Assembly: GCF_018977255.1 (NCBI RefSeq)
Contig: NW_024704743.1
Span: 10,604,001-10,668,000 of the forward strand
Reading direction: 5' to 3'
DNA from: Callorhinchus milii
Taxonomy: Eukaryota
DNA: 64,000 bases
The first letter of the stretch is position 1. Each line of letters opens with the position of its first letter. The translations under genes were made by a program, and so were the position numbers. Positions 1 to 9,383 of this stretch are shown here, piece after piece. The notes under the pieces were generated by a model. It was not told where the DNA came from. It made no database searches and saw only the letters and a list, made by a program, of their open reading frames with translations.

Positions 1-215
1 GTAGCAGGGTGGCCAAAGGCATGGTCAAAGAGGAGGGTTTTGAGGTATGCCTTGAAGGAGGCAAGGGAGGGAGCAAGGTGAAGGGAATGTGGGATGGAAT
101 TCCAGAGGGTTGGGGCAGAAAGGCTGAAGGCCCGAACACCGATGGTGGGGCAGGCCAGGTGGGAGATATGGAGCAGGCTAGAGCCTGCTAAGTGGAGCGA
201 GCGAACAGGTTGATA
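1..215 (-). mobile_element. L2 LINE 3' fragment (decayed)
   Basis: Reverse strand matches the ORF2 C-terminal segment (…TLWNSIP…SFK…LFD) of the other L2 copies in the window. Confidence 0.7.
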
Positions 216-244
216 AGGTGTTAGGTTGATAAGGTTGATAAGGT

Positions 245-2902
245 GTCTATCCAAGGCACTGAACAGACAGAGTTACGTACTTGAGCTGGGGGTCGGGGTC
301 AGGGAGGGTGGAGGGCTGGGGGAAAGCAGGGAGATCGAAAGCACTGTTGAAGAGGAGGTCTTAAGTGGGTCTTGAAGGTGGCAAGGGAGGGGGCAAGGTG
401 GAGGGATTGTGGGATGGAGTTCCAGATGGTGGGGAAGGCCTGCCTGCCGATAGTGGGATGAGCGAGGCGGGGGACGTGAAGCAGGTCAGAGCCCGCTGAG
501 CAGAGGGAGCGAGCAGGATGGTAGGGGGATAGAGGTCGCAGTGGTAGGGGGGGCAAGACCATGGAGGGCTTTTAAGCTGAGGACCAGGATCTTGAACTGT
601 ATCCTCTGTGTGATGGGAAGCCAGTGGAGTTGGGCAAGGATGGGGGTGATTGGGTCATGGAGCCTGGTGCGGGAGAGCACACAGGATACACAGTTCTGGA
701 TGATCTGCAGCCTGTGGAGGGAGGAATTGGGGAGGCTGACAAGCAATGAGCATGCTTAGTCGAGATATGGACAGAATGTCATTTGTCACCTTGGCCAGGG
801 GCTGTTTCCATGCTGTGAGCAGCACGGAAACCCGATTGGATGAGTTTGTAAAGCGAGTGTCAGGAGAAGAAGGAGAAAAGCTGGGAAGTATCAACTCTTT
901 CAAGTACCTTGGAAAGAAACGGGAAGGTTGGAGATGCAATTGTAGTTTGTGAGCAGGGTTGGGTCCAGAGAAGGTTTTTTGGGATAGGGGTGATGACAAC
1001 TGTTTTTAGATGGGTGGGAACAGTGCCAGTTGACAGGAAGAGGTTGACGAGGTCTGAGAGTAAAGGGGCAAGAAGGTGGAGCTAGGAGGTAAGGAGAAGG
1101 GTAGGGATGGGGTCAAGGGAGCAGATGGTGGGCTTCATATGGGTTATAGTGGTGGTGAGAGAGGAGGGGGAGACAAGTTTGAAGGTGTGGAGGGAAGGAT
1201 GGGTAGTGCCTGGAGTGTGAGGGAGAGATGGGAGGGAGTGGTAGTTGGGAGGGTAGAGGCGGCTGAACTGATCCCCTCGATTTTGGTCTCAAGAAACTCC
1301 AGCATCTCCTCGCAGTTGGAGTAAGTTCTGTGAGTACTAGTGTGAGTTGTATGAGGTGGTTCAGGAGGTGAGGGGGGCAAGGGCATCGAGAATGGTGGAG
1401 AGGGACTTGTGAAGGAGAGTGACCGAGGAGGATAAGTCCGTGAGGGATTTAGGCCAGAGGGGGAGAAGTTCAGATGACTCCAGAGCAGTGGAGAGGGAGT
1501 GCATGGAGATTCTTTTCCAGGGGTGGTAGGAGATGGAGGTGGGTTGGGTGGCAGTGGGGAGAGTGATTGAGGAGTTAAGGGAGATGAAATGGTGATCTGA
1601 GATGGCTTTATTGATGATTGTGAGGTCAGAGACACTGAGGCTTCAGGTAATCACTAGGTCGAGAGGGTTGCCATGAACATGGATAGCAGAGTGGATTTGG
1701 AGGGAGAGGTTATGAGAGGAGATGAGAGAGGAGAAGTCAGCTGAGATAGAGCAAGAGGGGGTGAAGTGCAGGTTGAAGTCGCTTAAGATGAGGAGGCATT
1801 CAAAACAGATGGGAAGCTAGAAGGGCGGAGATGTCAGATATGAAGGTGGTGGAGGGTTTGGGAGAATTTTGAGTTAGCGATTGGAGAAATGGTCGAGGTT
1901 AAGGTGCTTGAAAGAGTGGAATGAGCTGGAGGAGTAGGGGGATAGAGTATGTGAGGACCTGGAGATGAGGGCCACAACACCGCCACGGCAGTTAGGATGT
2001 GGGATATGTCGAAGGTATAGCCAGGTGGTGTGGCCTCAGTCAGATGGAAGGTATTGCCTGGGGTGATCCAAGTTTCAGTGAGAACCAGGATATCAATGTT
2101 TTCATCAACGAAGCTGTTGTTGATGGCATGGACCTCGTTGGAATGGGAGCAGACATTTTGTAGGCTAATGCAGAGGGAACAGTTAGCAGTGGAATGTGTG
2201 AAATGCGAAGGGGTGGTGGGAGGATTGACAGGGAGGGTGGAAATATGGATGAGGGAGGAGAGGTTTGCTCCTGGGATCTGGATCCAGCCGGGCTTGCGGT
2301 GATAGTGGGGAATGGGGCAGTTAATATGGCTGCTGCTGGACAGTCAACACTGAGTGCCATGGTGAGCCCGACAGAGGATATCCAGGTTAGAGCAGAGGGA
2401 GGCTATGGGATGGTCAAGTTGGGATAGGAGGCAAGGAGGCCGGAGTGAGAGGAGGACAAAGCAGGAGAGTTGCAGGGTGGGGAGCATTTTTGGGAAAAAG
2501 CAGCTCGGGTCGGGGGCGACAACCAAGATGTGCACGCCAAGCATTGAGGCAGGCGGTTAGTGGGGCATGGTCAGCACACAGGCATGGAGACTGCAGGGGC
2601 AAGAGGTGGTGCAGTGGGGGAGAGGGGGCAGGGCACTCGTGTTATCCACCAGGTTGCCCAACCTGGAAGATAACTCCAAACAACCTGCAGGGAAAAGACA
2701 GAGGAAGGAAGGAGATTCCAAGACTATACTAGACCTGGTTCCAGGGATTCAAACCTGGCGGGCACAAGTGACATCATTCGGGGATTTAGTCGGGAGATTG
2801 TGAAATGGCAGCTCCGCCTGAATCCAGTAATGGCCGCCATCCCCGAAACCTCGGCTCTGCCTATCACTACCTACCGGTCCCAATCACCGAGACCTCGGCC
2901 CT
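245..2902 (-). mobile_element. L2 LINE, older subfamily, near full-length but decayed, RT core internally deleted
   Basis: Minus-strand pieces align with the young L2 ORF2: endonuclease region (~1650-2170), CEEMLEFLETKIEGI (~1270-1320), KVTNDIL joined at ~750 to the LPNSSLHRLQIIQN…LHWLPI C-terminus. A GC-rich 5' UTR extends to ~2900. Confidence 0.85.
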
Positions 2903-3014
2903 TTACAGTTTGGACATGACATATCATGCGACTGCCAGGATGGTGAAAGGGAAACTTGATGGATCTTGATCTTCTTTTGTCTAGCAAATTCTTATGTTCT
3001 TATGAACCAAACTA

Positions 3015-3077
3015 GAGCTTGAACCCTCAATTTTCTGACTCAGATGTAAGAGTGGGACTAATTGAGCCAAGCTGACT
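3015..3077 (-). mobile_element. tRNA-derived SINE family B, head fragment
   Basis: Reverse complement GTCAGCTTGGCTCAATTAG…CTGAGTCAGAAAATTGAGGGTTCAAG matches the family-B head at 57185 and 14090. Confidence 0.6.
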
Positions 3078-3261
3078 GTGAATTGTTGTGACTGTAATTG
3101 TAGGCAAACACAACAGTTAATTTTGTATACGCCAATGGCTTACAAATAAAGTGAATTAACATTTTTTTTAATGTGCCATATAAATTGTGGCATAGAAGGA
3201 GGCCTTTGGGCTTATCAAATTTTGCTGGTGTAAATTCATCCACTGGAGCCATTTTAATCCC

Positions 3262-3304
3262 GACATGAAAGGCGATATAAAATGTAATCTTGTTGTTATT
3301 GCTG
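3262..3304 (+). mobile_element. Extremely 5'-truncated L2 insertion (43 bp tail only) with 8-bp TSD
   Basis: GACATGAAAGGCGATATAAAATGTAATCTTGTTGTT is flanked by TTAATCCC at 3254-3261 and 3305-3312. Confidence 0.75.
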
Positions 3305-4089
3305 TTAATCCCAATTCTCTGCTCCTCCACCGTATGTTTTCAAATTGTTTCTCTTCAAATCTAATTTCCTTTCCAAGTGCTGTTATGGTTTCAGCATCAA
3401 TAGCCAACTTGTTTCAAAACATCGCAGGGGTAAATTTCTAGTTAAATATTTGTAGAGTTAATGCCAGACTTTGGAGATTATTGGGGCATGCTTATACCTT
3501 TGTCTATTTGTTTAATGCCTTCAATTAGTATGGTTTGTAGTGGTAAAGAAATGGTAGGGTAAGATACTTTTATATAATACAATTTACATTTATATAGCAC
3601 CTTTCACATTATGAGGATGTCACAATGTGCTTAAGTAATTGCCACTATTTCCTCTTCATGTGCCAATATCTTTTGTATTTCTGTAATTTTGACATAAATA
3701 GGTTTTATTTCAGTTTTCTTTCCCTTCTTAAGAGTTGTATACATTAAATGATATTTATGCATGCATGTTCTACTTATCTGCTAAATGTTTTNCCTTTCTG
3801 TTGTTTTCACTAATGGAAATGGCTCAATTAGTTATTCGGAGTTGCTGTACTCTGGCCTGATGTGCAGTAAAGCTTTATTGACTCCATGAAAGTATACGTA
3901 ATAAGCTTGGTGTTCTGCCTGCTTTCGAAGTGACTGTGGGATTTTGGCAGAAAATGGGAAGGGGTTTGGTCGTGCAAGATGCAGCATAATGAGCTGTAGC
4001 TGGAGAGCATGAATTCTGAATGAAACATCAAATGCCAATAAGGTAATGAAATGCTGGTTTCCAAGAGACAAGGGGAGGAAATTATAATA

Positions 4090-4250
4090 AAAAAATCTGT
4101 ATATTTAATAAAGCACCTTATCATGTCATTGAGATGTCTCAAAGCACTTCACAAAGATGCACTGCAAAGTGTAGTGAATGTATATTTTGTGGATGAATGC
4201 AGCAGCCAATTTGGCTGACAAACAGCCATGGATTGAGTGACCAAAATTTA
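4090..4250 (-). mobile_element. SINE Deu-like body plus L2-type tail (decayed)
   Basis: GCACCTTATCATGTC…TCAAAGCACTTCACA…GCAGCCAATT matches the 3' half of the other SINE copies. Confidence 0.6.
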
Positions 4251-5319
4251 CTATGGTTCTATGGTGCTAGGAAGATTTGTGTCTCCATGTAATATAAAGG
4301 GGGAGATGACCATTGGTGCAGTTGAAGTAAAAGTTGTTAAATTAGGATTTAAACAAAGCAAAGTAGAAGGATTAGGCCAGGGAATTCTAGAGAATTCCGT
4401 AATACGTTTGGTGTTCTGTCCACAATGACTGAAGGTTTAGACACTGATGATGATGTGGAGGGAGCTGCAGGTGCATAGGAGCCCTGTGTTACCCAAGCAG
4501 CGAGGATGGACAGAGGAATGGGGTATGAGCAGATCAGAAAGCTAGGAAGGCACTATTGTACCATTATACAAGTGACATTGTGAAATTCAGCACAAAAGAG
4601 TAGACATTGCGAAAACCGATCTATGATTGACTTCATGTGTGTGATACTCATCTGGACAATTTTACTTGTGGATTCAGGCCTGTCAGTAGGTAGAGTTATT
4701 TGGAATTTTTTTCAAGCAACTTTATTCCTGTAAATTGTTCTTGAATCCATATTAAAAAATATAGTTTTATTTTAATTGTTATAGTTCAGTAAAATTGTGT
4801 GTTTATCAAGTTTAGCAACGCATTTCCATTCTTGGCATCTAGTGTTCAGTTAAAGCACTTACAGGTGTAGTCCAGGATACATGCAGAGGAAAGCTCACTC
4901 CACTTTTTGCCAACATGTGGCTTGATCCCAACATCACAAATTAATCCTTTATTTCACTGGTAAAATATTTCCATTTACTACAAACCTGCACAATCTCGTT
5001 GAGTGGGATTAGCAGTTTGTATCATGTACAATTTTGAGTATTGTCCCATCAATCAAGGCCAGATTTGAAACAGTGAAGGGGATTATGGTGTGATAGAATG
5101 CTCCACACAGACACCAAAGTGCTCTTACACAGAAACTTAATTCAGATTGAAGTTGAATTAGCTACTGATATTAATCTTACCAGTACAAAGTTCAAATATT
5201 AAGGCCTCAACTTAATTGCGTACATAATAATAGTAACAATAATAATAATAATCCTTCTATTTGATATAGATCCTTTCATATTGGAAGGATGTGTCAAAGC
5301 ACTTCACAGAATTTCAGGT

Positions 5320-6015
5320 GCAGGAACCTAGGTGTCTTGTTTGACCCTCAACTGTCTTTTCTTCCCCACATCTCTGCCTTCCATCACCTCCATAACATCG
5401 CCCGACTCCGCCACTACCTCACCTCTCAGGCCGCTGAAACTCTTATTCATGCCTTCATCACCTCCAAGCTCGACTATGCAAACACCCTGCTTGTCGACCT
5501 TCCCAACTCCTCTCTTCACAGGCTGCAGATAATCCAGAACTCTGCAGCTCATGTCCTCTCCCGCACCAAACTCCGTGACCCCATCTCCCCCACTCTAGCT
5601 TGACTCCATTGGCTCCCTTCAGAGGATCCAGTTCAAGATCCTGGTCCTCACCTACAAAGTCCTCTATGGCCTCTCCCCACCTTACCTCTGTGATCTCCTG
5701 ACCTCCTACCAACCTGCCCATTCCCTCCGCTCAGCCGGCTCCGGTCTGCTCCAAGTCCCCCGACCCACCTGCCTCACCATTGGCAGGAGAGCCTTCAGGC
5801 ACTCTGCCCCCAACCTCTGGAATTCCATCTCCCGGTCACTCTGCCTTGCCCCCTCTTTAGCCTCCTTCAAGCCCCGCCTCAAGACCCTCCTTTTCGACCA
5901 TCGGCCACCCCCATTCCCCTCCCTTCCCTTCTCCCCCCCTGACCTCAGCTCGGGTCTGAAATGCTGTACACTGTCCGTGAAAGGCGCTATACAAATGTAA
6001 TCTTGTTGTTGTTGT
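5320..6015 (+). mobile_element. L2 LINE 3' fragment
   Basis: [13 protein letters not shown]…LHRLQIIQNSAA ORF2 C-terminus; ends GTGAAAGGCGCTATACAAATGTAATC(TTG)n. Confidence 0.9.
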
Positions 6016-6303
6016 AAGACTGCCACAGAGGGCTGGTTTGATTCCGACATTCCATTGCCAAACATGTCACCTTGGAACCGGCTCAGCTCCAAAGAGGCCC
6101 CACTTACCTTCCCCGCAAGGAGGATTGTCACTAGTTGGTCATGCTGCACTGAAGTAAGTGCTGACTGTTCAGGCAGAAAATATGTTGTTACTTCTGTTGT
6201 GAATGGTTTCCTGCTCCATAAAAAGCACATTCTCAGTATATATGTATCCAGAGGACATGTGGTGCTGATGGACTTCAGGTTGGGACTTTTTTGGAATCCA
6301 AAG

Positions 6304-6671
6304 TAATAATAATAATAATCCTTGCATTTGATATAGCGCTTTTCACGTCAAGAGGACGTCTCAAAGCGCTTCACAGAAAACACTGTAAAGTGAATTGACT
6401 GTATATTTGTGGGCGAACGCGGCAGCCAATTGCGCACAGCAGTGTCCCACAAACAATCGTGGATTGTGTGAACACATTATTGTTGTTTTTTTTAAGGATT
6501 ATTATCCCCGGAAAAGTGATCTGCCATTCGACTAGAAACCGGATTCTTACTGCTAGGTAAACAGAGGCGTGTGTAGTAAGGAAACTTGTCCAACATTTCG
6601 CCCTGCCAGAAATAGCACCCAGGTCTCTCGCTTGCAAGACAAGTGCTTTAATCACTGAGCCACAGGACTCC
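6304..6671 (-). mobile_element. tRNA-derived SINE family A, full length (long variant)
   Basis: Head GGAGTCCTGTGGCTCAGTG with anticodon loop CTTGCAA (Ala-TGC-like), CORE-like segment, Deu-like segment, L2-type stem-loop tail and (ATT)n. Confidence 0.88.
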
Positions 6672-7450
6672 TAAATACTATTTTAATTCAGTTAGAAATG
6701 CGTATGCAAACGTTAGCCATAATGGAATGATTTGTAGACACTATGAGCCTAATTAAAGTCAGCTAAATTGTAGAGTTTATGTCTAAGCACGACAAATGTT
6801 ACTTTTTAGTTGGTATAACTTTAGATAAAATGTAATGGAAAATGACAGTATGTGTGCCTTGAAGAGTTAAATTGATTCAGAAGTATTTATACATGTTTAT
6901 TACAGCTGCAGCTCTCTTCTAATTGTTGATGTAATGGTCCTATATTGTTTATAATTTGATTCAGCTCATGGGCACTGCATTCAAGGACGGTTCCAGTTTG
7001 TTTAAACCAGCCTGAAAACAACTATCAGGTGGATGAGGATGTGCAGATTTGCACGGACCATCTTGAATTTTTTTAACTAAAGGACAATTATAGACTAGGT
7101 ATAGCTAACCTATACTATGTTCAGTTCAAGTCAATGAGAGCATGACTACATTAGCCACTCCTCCAGGAAGGCAGAACTTCTATCGGAGGTTCTGTGACTC
7201 GAGCCACTCACACTCGACCTTGACTGTTCCAAGGTTCCAGTGATTCAGCAACATCGGAAAAAGTAAAAAAAAGAGAACAAGAAAAGAAGAACTGCAGAGA
7301 TATGAGAATACAGCTGCAGCACAACTGCTAGAGATTCAAATTTGGTTCTTTGAATCGATACCAGCTCAACAGAGCGTTAACACTGCTGCTGGTTGTGCCT
7401 CCCAGGCTCAATACAGTCATTATTTCTGCTACTTGCTGTACTACTGGCTA

Positions 7451-9209
7451 CAACAACAACAACAAGATTCCATTTATTGAGCGCCTTTCATGTCGGCAGG
7501 ACGTCCCAAGGCGCTGTACAGTTGGGTCAGGACCCGAGCAGGGGGGAAATGGTCAGGGTGAGGGGAGGGAAGGGAGGGAGCGAGGAGGGGGTAGAGAGTC
7601 GAGAGGGGAGCTGAAGGCTCGGTCAAAGTGAAAGGTCTTGAGACCGGCCTTGAAGAAGGAAAGGGAGGAGGCGGCGAAGGCACTGGGGGATAGAGTTCCA
7701 GAGCCAAGGGGCTGAGAGGCTGAAGGCCTGGCCACCGATGGTAGGGCGGTTGGGGCGGGGGATGTGGAGCAGACCGGAGCCAGAGGAACGGAGGGTACGG
7801 GCGGGTAGGTACTGGGATAGTAGGTCGGAGAGTTAGGAGGGAGCAAGGCCGTGAATGGCCTGGTAGGTGAGGGTGAGGATCTTGAATTCGATCCTCTGGG
7901 GGATGGGGAGCCAGTGGAGGTGAGCGAGGGTGGGAGTGATGTGGTCGCGAAGCCTGGTGCGGGACAGTACATGAGCTGCAGAGTTCTGAATGACCTGCAG
8001 CTTGTGGAGGGAGGTGCCGGGAAGGCCGGCGAGGAGAGAGTTCCCATAGTCCAGCCTTGAGGTGATAAAGGCGTGGACCAGAGTTTCAGCAGCGTGAGGG
8101 GTGAGGTAGTGCCGTAGTCTGGCGACATTCCGGAGGTGATGGAAGGCGGTGCCAGTTGTGGAGCGGATATAGGGGAGAAAGGACAGCTCAGGGTCGAACA
8201 GAACCCCGAGGTTCCTGACTGGCTTTGAGAGGTGGAGAGTGCAGCCTTGGATGCTGATGCTGTCAGCGCCTGAGGTGCGGAGGCGCTGACGCGAGCCAAT
8301 CAGGAGGGCCTCAGTTTTGCGTACGTTGAGCTGGAGAAAGTTATCTCTCGTCCATGACTCGATGTCGGACAGGCAGACTGTCAGGACATCGGTGGTCGTG
8401 GAGTTGAGGGTAGAGGAGGAAAGGTAGAGTTGGGTGTCATCCGCATACATGTGGAAGTTAACCCCATGTCTGCGAATGATGTCACCAAGGGGGAGCATAT
8501 AGAGGGTGAAGAGGAGGGGACTGAGGACAGAGCCTTGAGGGACACCGCACGAGACAGTGCGGGGGCTGGAGGAAAAGCCATTTGAGGAGACAAAGTGAAG
8601 ACGGTGGGAGAGGTACGACCTAAACCACTCAAGGACAGGGCCTTGAAGGTTGAGGTGGGAGGACAAGCTATGGAGGAGGATAGCGTGGTCGACCGTATCG
8701 AATGCTGCCGATAGGTCGAGGAGGACGAGGAGGCAGAGGGAGCCCTGGTTACAGATGGTCAGGATGTCATTGGTGACCTTGACCAGGGCAGTTTCTGTGC
8801 TATAGGCAGCACGGAAACCCGATTGAAGGGGTTCGAATAGTGAATGGTTGGAGAGGAAAGAACGCAGCTGGGAGGCGACAACTCGTTCCAGGACCTTGGA
8901 CAGGAAGGGGAGGTTGGAGATGGGCCGGTAGCTTGATAGCTGCGATGCAACAAGGGAGGGTTTTTTTAAGGTGTGAGTGATGGTGGCAGTTTTTAAGGAA
9001 ATGGGAAAAGAGCCAGAGGAGAGGGACAGGTTGACGATGTCTGTGATATGTGGGGCAAGGAGGTGGAGCTGGGAGATAAGGAATGGAGTGGGGATGGGGT
9101 CAAGGGAGCAGGTGGTAGGTTTCAGGGAGAGGATGAGTTTGGTGACAGAGGACAGGAAACGGGTACGAAGGTGTGTAGGGGAGGATGGGTAGGTGTCGGA
9201 GTGTGGGAG
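7451..9209 (-). mobile_element. Young L2 LINE, 3' part of the host copy interrupted by the 9210-13014 insertion
   Basis: RT motifs [16 protein letters not shown]; (CAA)n tail at 7451. Corresponds to 11201-13014 of the intact copy. Outer TSD TGGCTA at 7445-7450 and 13646-13651. Confidence 0.95.
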
Positions 9210-9383
9210 TCGGGGAGCGGCGGCAGGACAGCGCGGGGAGGAGCCTGGGCCTACTGACCCAGGTACTTAAACTCGACGCCGGAGCGAGTGCAGCCAGTCG
9301 GGGAGCGGCAGCAGGACAGCGCGGGGAGGAGCCTGGGCCTACTGACCCAGGTACTTAAACTCGACGCCGGAGCGAGTGCAGCT
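9208..9383 (+). repeat. Two tandem 88-bp monomers at the L2 5' end
   Basis: 9208-9295 and 9296-9383 differ at 2 positions. Each carries a CCTGGG-N8-CCCAGG inverted repeat followed by TACTTAAA. Confidence 0.95.

Noticed and set aside
3168..3407. Protein-looking minus-strand ORF
   Set aside because: It reads through a TSD-flanked L2 tail insertion and has no recognisable homology or splice support.
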